A DNA stretch of 64,000 nucleotides, taken from the NCBI GenBank assembly GCA_963835065.1, contig CAWIEK010000019.1, forward strand, positions 1 to 64,000, written 5' to 3'. The first letter of the stretch is position 1. Each line of letters starts with the position of its first letter. Shown one piece after another: positions 1-8,725 of this stretch. This DNA comes from an uncultured Chthonomonadaceae bacterium (GTDB taxonomy: Bacteria > Armatimonadota > Chthonomonadetes > Chthonomonadales > Chthonomonadaceae). The position numbers and the translations under genes are program-made. The notes beneath the pieces were generated by a model, which saw nothing but the letters and a program-made list of their open reading frames with translations, was not told the DNA's origin and searched no databases.

Positions 1-52
1 CGCACCGCCCCCTCGCAAAGGAGGTATTCTTCGCATTTGAAACTACGTCGCC
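1..52 (-). ncRNA. tRNA-like element, anticodon TGC (Ala-type), 3' end truncated by window edge
   Basis: Reverse complement reads GGCGACG TA GTTTC AAATGCGA AGAAT A CCTCC TTTGCGA GGGGG CGGT GCG..; same body as the two neighbouring elements. Confidence 0.6.
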
Positions 53-163
53 GGCAACGCGGATGCAAACCTACCAGGCGAACCGTCACCTGTAGGAGGG
101 GCCTTAAAAGTTCGTAGTTCCTGCATTCCTATCAACTACGAACTATCAACTATCAACTGCTCA

Positions 164-235
164 AGGCGGCGAATGGGCCTCGAACCCACACCTCAGATTT
201 GCAATCTGTGTTCTTCGCGTTTAAACTATGCCGCC
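164..235 (-). ncRNA. Non-canonical tRNA-like element, anticodon GCA (Cys-type)
   Basis: Cloverleaf GGCGGCA..CAGA TTGCAAA TCTG..GTGGG TTCGAGG CCCAT..GCCGCC T; U discriminator; D-loop lacks GG and T-loop is atypical. Confidence 0.7.
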
Positions 236-258
236 ACGAACGCGCTTCTCGAAAGAAT

Positions 259-333
259 TGGCGACGGCGGGCCTCGAACCCACACCTTCTCCCTGAAAAG
301 GAGATGTTTCTTCGCGTTTAAAACTACGTCGCC
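259..333 (-). ncRNA. Non-canonical tRNA-like element, anticodon TTC (Glu-type)
   Basis: Perfect 7-bp acceptor GGCGACG/CGTCGCC, anticodon arm TCTCC TTTTCAG GGAGA, T arm GTGGG TTCGAGG CCCGC. Confidence 0.75.
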
Positions 334-353
334 GCGCAAAGCCGCCTGTACAA

Positions 354-1355
354 CTACGCCGATTGCAGCGCGGACGTTGCCGCCCGGGTTTGCCGCCACA
401 CGCGCCACTGTTCCAGCACGGCTGCCGCCAGAATAATGAAGGCCACGAACAGGTTGGATTGTTCGGGCGGGCGATGCGTTAAAATCAGGGCGTTGCGCAG
501 CAGGGCGATCAATAATGCGCCCAATGCCGCCCCGATCAGGCTGCCGTCTCCCCCCGTGATGCGGATGCCGCCGACCACGCAGGCCGCAATCACGTTCAAT
601 TCCGCGCCCTCGCCGACAACCGATTGCGTGGTGTTGTTGAAGCCCATAGCGATCAAACCCGCCAGTCCCGCGCACAGCCCCGACAGCAGATACGTCCACC
701 GCTTCACGCTGCCCACCGCAATGCCCGACAGCCGCGCCGACTGCTCCCCGCCGCCAATGGCAAGGGTCCACCGCCCCAGCCGCGTTTGCTGTGACACGAT
801 TGCGAACACAACGACCACAATCACAAGCAACAGCGTGGGTGTCCAGCCCGTGCCCAAAAAGCGGAACGCATCGGGAAACGGACCGAAATTGCGGGCGTGG
901 GTGAGCAGACTCGTGCCGTGCCGAAACAGCAGCAGGGTGGCAAGCGTTGTCAGGATGGGCGGCAATTTGCGGTACGTGACCAGCGCCCCGTTCAAACTGC
1001 CCGCCAGCGCGCCCGCGCCCAATCCGCACACCATGCAAAGCGGCCACGCCCAGCCCGCCGCCAGGCACAGGGCGGTGATGCAGCTTGACAGCGCGACAAT
1101 CGCCCCGACCGACAAATCCAGCCCGCCGCCCAGAATCACCAGCCCCTCGCCACACGCCATGATGCCGATGTACGCGGCTTCCTGCCCGACGATGCTCAGA
1201 TTACTGCCGCCCCGAAAAGAAGGCACAAACGCGCCCATCCAGCCGCACAGCAGCGCGATCAGCAGCAGTGTAGGCAGTTCGCGGGGCAGAAATCGGGTAA
1301 ACGCTTTGAAAGCAGGTTTGGGCGCGCTGTCGGAAACAGCAATCGGGTTCGGCAT
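354..1355 (-). CDS. Sugar ABC transporter permease (RbsC/BPD_transp_2 family)
   Basis: GGLDLSVGA, PPILTTLAT, AIGGGEQSARLSGI and ELNVIAACVVGG motifs; multi-TM. Confidence 0.92.
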   Translation of the reverse strand: MPNPIAVSDSAPKPAFKAFTRFLPRELPTLLLIALLCGWMGAFVPSFRGGSNLSIVGQEAAYIGIMACGEGLVILGGGLDLSVGAIVALSSCITALCLAAGWAWPLCMVCGLGAGALAGSLNGALVTYRKLPPILTTLATLLLFRHGTSLLTHARNFGPFPDAFRFLGTGWTPTLLLVIVVVVFAIVSQQTRLGRWTLAIGGGEQSARLSGIAVGSVKRWTYLLSGLCAGLAGLIAMGFNNTTQSVVGEGAELNVIAACVVGGIRITGGDGSLIGAALGALLIALLRNALILTHRPPEQSNLFVAFIILAAAVLEQWRVWRQTRAATSALQSA

Positions 1356-1453
1356 GAGGTCACAATCCACGCAAAGTTCGCCTGCCACAAGAAACCGTTT
1401 ACAGCAGCGACAGCGCGTGGTTTATATTGTAGCATATTGGGCACAAGGAGAAC

Positions 1454-2863
1454 TTATTGGGATAGACTCTTCTCTGATGCTGGCTTGTCCGCCTTGGGCT
1501 TGTCCGTTTCCGGCTTTTCCGGGATCAGCGTCACGACGGTTCGGTTGCGGTCGCTGAAATACTGTTTGGCAACGCGCTGCACGTCCGCCGCCGTTACTTT
1601 GTCGTGTTTGGGCAGATAATCGTACAAGCGCAGCCAGTTGCCCCAGTTTGCCTCGTACTCGGCGATTAATCCCGCCCGCCCCAGATTGGTTTTGAACTTG
1701 TCCAGAAACTCCACGCGCTCCACGTTCTTCGCCTTGAGCATCTCCTGCGGGGTCACGCCGTCCTTTTGCACACTTGTCAGCGCGTCGTAAATGGCGGTTT
1801 CGCACTCCTGCGCCGTATGCCCCTGCTGCGCCTGACAGGTAAAAATGAACAGGCCGGGGTCCTGCCGCGAGTCGTTGCCCGCCGAGACCGAAGTCGCAAT
1901 CTGCTTGTCATACACCAGCGAACGGTACAGGCGCGAACTTTCGCCATGCGACAGGATGGTGGACAGCATATCCAGCGCGGCATCGTCCTGGTCGTGATTG
2001 GAGCCGACGTGGTAGCCAATCTGCACGGCAGGCAGTTCCGCCGCCTTGTAAAACGCGATCCGCTTTTCGCCGCGCTGCACAGGCTCGGCATTGACGACCG
2101 GGCGCGTGGGCGGCTGCGCTTTGATGTCGCCGTAGTATTGCGCGGTTTTGGCGAAAAGCTGCCTGCTATCGAAATCGCCTACGATGGTCACGACGGCATT
2201 ATTGGGCGCGTAGTGTTCGCGGAAGTAGGATTTGGCGTCTTCCAGCCGAATGGCGTCAATGTCCTTCATAAACCCGATGGTGTCCCACCGGTACGGGTGC
2301 GCGACAAAGGCGTTGTTCCACAACACTTCGTCCATTGCCGACTCAACGTTGTTGTCCGTGTTGACGCGCCGCTCCTCCTTGACGATGCCGCGCTCCTGCT
2401 CGATGTTGGCCTTGTCCAGCTTCAGGGCGCGCATCCGGTCGGCTTCCAATCGCAGCGCAATATCCAGCGTACCGGACGAAAACTCCTCATAATACTCCGT
2501 CGTATCCGCGTTGGTGAAAGCGTTGGAATAGCCGCCGCCGGTTTCCAGTATCTCGTCGAACTGCTTGGGCGCGTACTTGGCCGACCCGTTAAACATCATG
2601 TGTTCAAACAGGTGCGACAGTCCCGTAATGCCCGGATGCTCATTGCGCGACCCGACTTTGAACACGGTATAAAACGCGACAGAGGGCGTGGTATGGTCTT
2701 CTAGCGCCAGAATGGTCAGCCCGTTCGCCAACTTCTGCTTTTGAACCTTCAGCATCTGCTGCGCCCGACACGCCGAACCCGATACCGTCACCAGCAGCCC
2801 CGCGACAGCCACCAACCACCCCACCCGCCGCCCCAAACCATTGAAGTTTCCTGCAAAATCCAT
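1454..2863 (-). CDS. M16 family (pitrilysin) zinc peptidase, secreted
   Basis: Inverted zinc motif HLFEH, NAFT, HPY; N-terminal signal peptide. Confidence 0.95.
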   Translation of the reverse strand: MDFAGNFNGLGRRVGWLVAVAGLLVTVSGSACRAQQMLKVQKQKLANGLTILALEDHTTPSVAFYTVFKVGSRNEHPGITGLSHLFEHMMFNGSAKYAPKQFDEILETGGGYSNAFTNADTTEYYEEFSSGTLDIALRLEADRMRALKLDKANIEQERGIVKEERRVNTDNNVESAMDEVLWNNAFVAHPYRWDTIGFMKDIDAIRLEDAKSYFREHYAPNNAVVTIVGDFDSRQLFAKTAQYYGDIKAQPPTRPVVNAEPVQRGEKRIAFYKAAELPAVQIGYHVGSNHDQDDAALDMLSTILSHGESSRLYRSLVYDKQIATSVSAGNDSRQDPGLFIFTCQAQQGHTAQECETAIYDALTSVQKDGVTPQEMLKAKNVERVEFLDKFKTNLGRAGLIAEYEANWGNWLRLYDYLPKHDKVTAADVQRVAKQYFSDRNRTVVTLIPEKPETDKPKADKPASEKSLSQ

Positions 2864-3225
2864 GTTAATGCTTTCCTTAACCCTAAAAACCCAAAACCCT
2901 AAAACCCTAACCACCTACCTCTAATTGTCTTTGCCGCATGGCTTTTCCTGCTCGAACGCGCAGTCTCCTTAAAACTTACGAAGCGGCAGTAGTATTGTTC
3001 GCCTGCAAACCGAACAGCGCCACTCCCGCAAAAAAGAAATAGAAAAAAGCAAAACCACGCAAAAAAGTGGAACCTTTTGCCCCACTTCCTCCTGTCTAAA
3101 TAGTACAAGTGTCTACTAACCAGACACAAAGGCTGAACGTTCGTAGTTCCTATCAACTATCAACTATCAACTATCAACTACTTACTCAAAAAGGAGGTAC
3201 AGGCCCATGTCCCACCCCTCCCGTT

Positions 3226-3332
3226 CGCCCTGACGCTTTCGAGGTCACGACGCCTCTCTCCTACAATTTGACACAACGAGACATCGGGCTGGAAGCGCTG
3301 TATTGCCAAGATTTCGACGATGACTCTACATA
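3226..3332 (+). repeat. 107-nt dispersed element, copy 1
   Basis: Ungapped match to the reverse complement of 24297-24403 with 10 mismatches by my alignment. Confidence 0.9.
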
Positions 3333-3519
3333 CTCTTTTTCTTTTCCCGCTTTCCCAACGCTTTCCTCATCCTTCATCCTTATGCTTGCGCCGGTTCGGG
3401 AAGGGATAGATGTACGGATACCAGGTATGCGTTTGGAACTTGCCGAAATAGGTTCAATCCAAGCGTTTGCCACAGCCGAAGCCTTGATAGTCGCTATCAC
3501 ATAGTGTTCCCGGCGCGGT

Positions 3520-3548
3520 CTAAACCTGCCCGGTCTTTGCGCCGACAA
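3520..3548 (+). promoter_or_regulatory. Sigma-28 (FliA/SigD)-like promoter of the HDOD gene
   Basis: CTAAA-N16-GCCGACAA, about 30 nt upstream of the start codon. Confidence 0.5.
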
Positions 3549-3578
3549 TATAGCGTCACGGAGGGACACCCACACGCA

Positions 3579-4433
3579 ATGGAACTCAAGCACATCGAAA
3601 CCAAACTGGCGCGCGCCACCACGCTGCCGATCCTGCCCAATCTGGTGATGCAGATTTTAGCGCTGACCGACGATATGAACGCTTCGGCGCGGGATTACGA
3701 GCGGCTGATTATGCAGGATGCCGCCATGACCGCGAAAATTCTGCGCACCGCCAATTCGTCGTACTTTGGCGGCAACGGCCAGATCACGAGCCTGCGCCGC
3801 GCGCTCACGCAGGTCGGCAACAATACCCTGCGTTCCATGTGCCTGACGGTTTCGCTGCAATCCGCCCTGAGTTCCAAGACGCTGAACAAAGCCTTCAATC
3901 CCAAATCGTTCTGGCTGCACAGCCTGGCCGTCGCCTGCGCCGCCAAAATTCTCGCCTGCCTTGCCCGTGACCCGCGCGGCGAGGAAGCCTTTGTCGCCGG
4001 CCTCGTCCACGACATCGGCAAACTAGCGCTGTGCATGTTCCTGCCGATGGAAGCCACGCACGTTTATCAATTGATGCAGACGTATAAAATCACGCAGTTC
4101 GAGGCCGAGCTTCAGTTTTTGGACGTCACGCATGAGGACATCGGGCACATGGCCGCGCAGCGCTGGCAACTCCCCGACATTTACCTGACGCCCATCGCCA
4201 AGCATCACGATCCGACCGCTGACGCCGACGAGATAGACATGCTCACGGCCTATGTCCATGTCGCCAACGCCATCGCGCACCAGATCGGCCTGGGTTTCGA
4301 GCCTGCCGCCGCCAACCATTGTCCCAATCCAACCGTCGTCGCCCTGCTCAACATTTCCGAAGAACAGTACGACCCGATCCGCTCCGCCGTCGCCAGCGAA
4401 GTCGCCAAAATGGGCAGCCAGATGGGGGTGTGA
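3579..4433 (+). CDS. Stand-alone HDOD domain protein
   Basis: LPILP, DAAMTAKILRTANS, FWLHSLAVA, AGLVHDIGKL, THEDIG..WQLP, HHDP. Confidence 0.93.
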   Translation: MELKHIETKLARATTLPILPNLVMQILALTDDMNASARDYERLIMQDAAMTAKILRTANSSYFGGNGQITSLRRALTQVGNNTLRSMCLTVSLQSALSSKTLNKAFNPKSFWLHSLAVACAAKILACLARDPRGEEAFVAGLVHDIGKLALCMFLPMEATHVYQLMQTYKITQFEAELQFLDVTHEDIGHMAAQRWQLPDIYLTPIAKHHDPTADADEIDMLTAYVHVANAIAHQIGLGFEPAAANHCPNPTVVALLNISEEQYDPIRSAVASEVAKMGSQMGV

Positions 4434-4465
4434 GGCAGGAGTATAACCCCCGTGTTCCCCGTGGT

Positions 4466-6508
4466 TTACACTCCTACAAATTGCGGGACGGCAGTGTGTT
4501 CAAGGAGGCGGGCGGCGTGGGCGGACAGTTCGGTTAGCAAGCGCATGTCGGCAGGCGTGAAGGCGTGGGGCAGGGCGTGGCTGACGTTGAGGACGCCGAA
4601 GACGGTATCCTGAACGCGCACGGGAATGGCGGCAAACGAGCGGATTTGGGGCGGAATGGTTTCCACGTAGCGCAGATTGGGTTCCTCGGTTAAATCAGGA
4701 ATGTTGAGGGGCTTGCCGGACGCGGCGACCCAGCCGGAAACGCCATGCCCACGCTCAAACCGGATATGGTCGAGCAGGTTTACCACTTCGCCCCGCGTGG
4801 CTTTCGCTTCCAACCGCCGCCCCCGCGCATCCAGCAGAAACAGTGTGCAGTTTTCACACGGAACCAGTTCCATGACCTGATTGACAATGTGCGTGTACGC
4901 TTGTTCCGCGTCCATTTCCACGTTCAGCGCCGTTTGCGCCATGCGGCTCAGGTCGCGCAATTGGGTAAATTCGCGGCATTGGCGCTGCATTTCGGTCCGT
5001 TCTCGAATAATGCTGACCGCTGAAGTCAGGGCGCGGCACAGCGACGACACTTTTTCCAGTTCGCTGCTCAAAAAGCGCTGCCGCCCGCGCGGGTCACAAA
5101 CGCCGATGGCTCCCACAATGCTGCCGTTCGGCTCGGCAGGAGTCGGGCGCGTCCGCAGCAGGGTCACGCCGGCCAGTCCGGGGTTCGCGGCGGTTCCCGG
5201 ACTGCGCAAAGCATGAACGCCAGCAGCAGGCGCTTGCGGAGCCAGCAGCAGGCTGAACTCGTTGTCGGCAAGCGGATTTACGTTCCCTGTGTTCGGCTCA
5301 TTCCCTGTGTCCATGCGGTTCAGGGTGTAGGAAACCTCTGTTGGGTCGCCTGCTATTGGGGCAAATGTGGCACTTTGCGTCACCACCGCGTAACTACTCG
5401 ACTCGTCTCTATCGTTTCCTGCTCTTTCTTCACTCGCCGCTACAAACAGCGCATCCAAACGGCTGACAGACGGCAGCGCGGCAGGCAGGGCGTGGAGCAG
5501 CGCCGTCTCGCAATGGGCGCGTACGGCATCGGGTGTCAACGCATCGAGGCAGGGCAAGGGATCGCGGTTCAGCGCAATGGCAACAGGTCCTTGCGCCGCG
5601 CCAACGGTCAGCGAACTGCCGTCCCGCCCTCGCAGCCACAGAACGCCCCCGCTCGCGCCGGTGAGTTCCATCACCAGTGCCAGTATGCGATTAAACGCCG
5701 CGCTGCCGCTTGTATCCTCCCCTGCCATGCCCGCGCTGATTTCGGCAAGTTGTTCCACCATTCGCGTTCGCGCCGCCTGCGCCTTCTGGTCGTGATGCAG
5801 GTTTGTGATAGCCCGGTAGTTGTCCTTCATTTGTTCCTGTGCGCGGTACGCGGCTGCCAGTTGCGCCTGCAATTCTTCCACATCCGGCGGGCGAATCAAC
5901 GCTGCGCCGGACGGACGCTCGCTGTCCAATCCCTCGCGCCGTTGCGCCAGCCGAACCGCCATGCCCGCGGCGCCCAGTGTTCCCAGTGCCAGTCCATAAA
6001 GGATAGCCGAAGTGGGCGTAACCCCCACCCGAAAATGCGCCAGATTCACCAGCCCCGCCAGCAGTCCGGTATAAACCGCCGCGCTGCGCCCCAACAACGC
6101 AAACGCTTCCAGCACCACCCCGAACACAAGCGGCGCAAACGGGCTTCCGAACCCGCCACTCACCGCCACCAGAACCGTCGCCACAAGCAAGTCCAGACCG
6201 ATTTGAAGGGTTGAGAAAGAAGAAAGTGATGAGTGATGAATGATGAGTGATGAATGGGATTCTAATTCATCACTCATTATTCCGCGTTCAGCATTATCTT
6301 CTGTCTCCTCTTCTTTTCTTCTTTTCTTCTTTTCTTCTTTTCTTCCCCCTACGAACGGCCAGAGCAGCGTGAACAACGCGCCGAATGCGGCCACTTGCCA
6401 GGCGAGCGGCCATGCGGAACGGAGAAACCAGAAGGCCAGCAAGCCTGAAGTGATCCAAACACCAAGACGAATTTGCGTGATTCGTTTTTCAACTATCGAG
6501 TTCTGCAT
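4466..6508 (-). CDS. Membrane-anchored GAF domain protein
   Basis: N-terminal TMs (VSGGFGSPF), coiled coil, C-terminal GAF (GHGVSGWVAASGKPLNIPD..SFAAIPV..GVLNV). Confidence 0.85.
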   Translation of the reverse strand: MQNSIVEKRITQIRLGVWITSGLLAFWFLRSAWPLAWQVAAFGALFTLLWPFVGGRKEEKKKRRKEEETEDNAERGIMSDELESHSSLIIHHSSLSSFSTLQIGLDLLVATVLVAVSGGFGSPFAPLVFGVVLEAFALLGRSAAVYTGLLAGLVNLAHFRVGVTPTSAILYGLALGTLGAAGMAVRLAQRREGLDSERPSGAALIRPPDVEELQAQLAAAYRAQEQMKDNYRAITNLHHDQKAQAARTRMVEQLAEISAGMAGEDTSGSAAFNRILALVMELTGASGGVLWLRGRDGSSLTVGAAQGPVAIALNRDPLPCLDALTPDAVRAHCETALLHALPAALPSVSRLDALFVAASEERAGNDRDESSSYAVVTQSATFAPIAGDPTEVSYTLNRMDTGNEPNTGNVNPLADNEFSLLLAPQAPAAGVHALRSPGTAANPGLAGVTLLRTRPTPAEPNGSIVGAIGVCDPRGRQRFLSSELEKVSSLCRALTSAVSIIRERTEMQRQCREFTQLRDLSRMAQTALNVEMDAEQAYTHIVNQVMELVPCENCTLFLLDARGRRLEAKATRGEVVNLLDHIRFERGHGVSGWVAASGKPLNIPDLTEEPNLRYVETIPPQIRSFAAIPVRVQDTVFGVLNVSHALPHAFTPADMRLLTELSAHAARLLEHTAVPQFVGV

Positions 6509-6728
6509 CGTTTCTCCGGTTCCTTTATCGGCGCGTGAGTTGATAATTATTCTTTCGGTAATTTTGCGGCGGATTTGCAGAATATGCAGGAGCAAACACC
6601 CTCAGTGGCGAATGGAACCACAACGAAATCTTTGCTGTCTCTCACTCTCCACTCTCACTCTCACTTCCCTGCTGGAGAGCGCTTGTTTGCCGGTCGTTGT
6701 GGCCGGCATTGGAAAGGAACCAAAACTC

Positions 6729-8185
6729 ATGGACAGGATCACGCGCCGACGCTTCCTGGAACAATCCCTGCTTGCCGCCGCTGCGGGAGCGGGACTTGCG
6801 CATTTTGGCGAAGCCGAGGCGAAAGCGCTCAGTCGGCACAGTCGTCCTCTGGGAGCCAATGACCGCATCCGTATCGCCTGCATTGGCCTGAACGGGCGGG
6901 GCATGAACCATCTGGACGCTTATCTGGGCCGCGACGATGTGGACGTGGTTGCCCTGTGCGACCCGGATAGCAAAGTGCTGGACAAGGCGCAGGCGGAATG
7001 CGAAAAGAAAAACAAGCCCAAGCCCGACGCGGTTCAGGACATTCGCAAACTGCTGGAACGCAAGGACGTGGACGCGGTTTCCATTGCCACGCCCAACCAC
7101 TGGCATACGCTGGCGGCGCTGTGGGCGATGGAAGCGGGCAAGGACGTGTACGTGGAAAAGCCCGTCAGCCACAACGTCAGTGAGGGGCGGCGTCTGGTGC
7201 AAGCGGCGGCGAAATACAACCGGATTTGTCAGGCGGGAACGCAGTCGCGCTCGCACAAAGCCATGCAGGAAGCGATGGCCTATATTCACGGCGGCAAAAT
7301 CGGCAAAGTCACCCTTGCGCGCGGCCTGTGCTACAAGCGGCGCGAAAGCATCGGCAAGGTGGACGGCCCGCAGCCGATACCCGCGAACGTGGATTACGAC
7401 CTGTGGCTCGGCCCCGCTCCCGAAAAACCGCTCCTGCGCAAGCACCTGCACTACGATTGGCACTGGCAATGGGATTACGGCAACGGCGATCTGGGCAATC
7501 AGGGCATTCATCAGATGGACATTGCGCGGTGGGCGCTGAATAAGCCCGGACTGCCGCAGAGCGTGATGTCATTGGGCGGGCGCTTTGGCTATGTGGATGA
7601 CGGTCAGACTGCCAACACGCAGATTTGTATGTACGATTACGGCGACTGCCACCTGATTTTCGAGGTGCGCGGCCTGAAAACCGACAAGTACATGGGCGTC
7701 AGCGTAGGCGACATTATCTACGGCACGGACGGCTATGTGGTGATTCCAGACAACTACGCCCATGCCACCGCGTTCGACAAGGACAACAAGCCCGTGCAGG
7801 AGTTCAGCGGCGGTGGCGACCATTTCGCCAACTTCCTGTCTGCCGTGCGCAGCCGCAAGGCGACGGATCAGAACGCGCCGATTGTGGAAGGCCACGTATC
7901 GAGCGCCCTGTGCCACCTGGGCAATATCTCCTATCGCCTGGGCGACGAGCAGCCGTTCAGCAAGCAGAGCCAGTCCTTCGGCGACGACAAAGAGGGCGTG
8001 GAAACCTTCGGGCGCATGACCGCGCATCTCAAAGACAACGCGATTGTGCTGGAAGAAACTAAGTACCGCGTCGGCCCACCCTGAAACTGGATGTGGAGAA
8101 AGAGCGCTTCCACGGGAACAAAGCCGCCAATGCCATGCTGACCCGCGAGTACCGCAAAGGGTTTGTCGTGCCGGAAAAGGTGTAG
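6729..8185 (+). CDS. Gfo/Idh/MocA oxidoreductase with Tat signal (frameshift near 8080)
   Basis: TRRRFL Tat motif, IATPNHWH, GKDVYVEKP; C-terminus ANAMLTREYRKGFVVPEKV continues in another frame. Confidence 0.92.
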
Positions 8186-8241
8186 GAGGAGTTTTCACCA
8201 CCCGCTGCGCTAGAGGCACAGAGATACAGAGGAGAAAAACA

Positions 8242-8682
8242 GTGGAAGATAACAGGGATGAAAAGCAGGCTTTTGTACCGGTATCGGCGGAAGTGGATTT
8301 GTTGCCAAAAGACTGGTTGACGGTTGTTGCCAAAAGACTGGTTGACGCTTGTTTCACTGTCCACTCCGCGCTTGGTCCAGGACTGCTGGAAAGCGTTTAC
8401 GAAGCCTGCCTTGAACATGAATTGCAGCGCAGGGGCACGAAGGTTCAGCGGCAGGTGGAGTTTCCCGTCCTCTACCAAGGGTTGCACATTGATGCGGGCT
8501 TGCGGATTGACTTGCTCGTTGAAAACTGCATTGTGGTGGAACTCAAAGCCGTTGAGGGCATCTTGCCGATTCACAAAGCGCAGCTAATGACCTACCTCAA
8601 ACTGACAGGCCATCGTCTCGGCTTCCTGATCAACTTCAACGTCCCGTTAATCCGTCAGGGAATAAACCGTTTCGTAAAATGA
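8242..8682 (+). CDS. GxxExxY (PD-(D/E)xK-like) protein
   Basis: LGPGLLESVYE, RIDLLVE..VELKAV, HKAQLMTYLK, GFLINF. Confidence 0.95.
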   Translation: MEDNRDEKQAFVPVSAEVDLLPKDWLTVVAKRLVDACFTVHSALGPGLLESVYEACLEHELQRRGTKVQRQVEFPVLYQGLHIDAGLRIDLLVENCIVVELKAVEGILPIHKAQLMTYLKLTGHRLGFLINFNVPLIRQGINRFVK

Positions 8683-8725
8683 CTTTGCATTTCTTTTCTT
8701 TGCATTTCTTGGTGTTCTTGGAGTC

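Noticed and set aside
436..1557. Long antisense or overlapping ORFs (e.g. 436-1557, 14542-15744, 9245-10585, 62554-63579)
   Set aside because: Shadow frames of well-supported genes in GC-rich DNA, with no recognisable motifs.
3109..3504. ORF-track peptides (..EALYCQDFDD..) at 3109-3504 and 24269-24472 as a real protein family
   Set aside because: The RBS-linked ATGs are in a different frame, and the differences between copies change amino acids throughout, so there is no sign of coding constraint.
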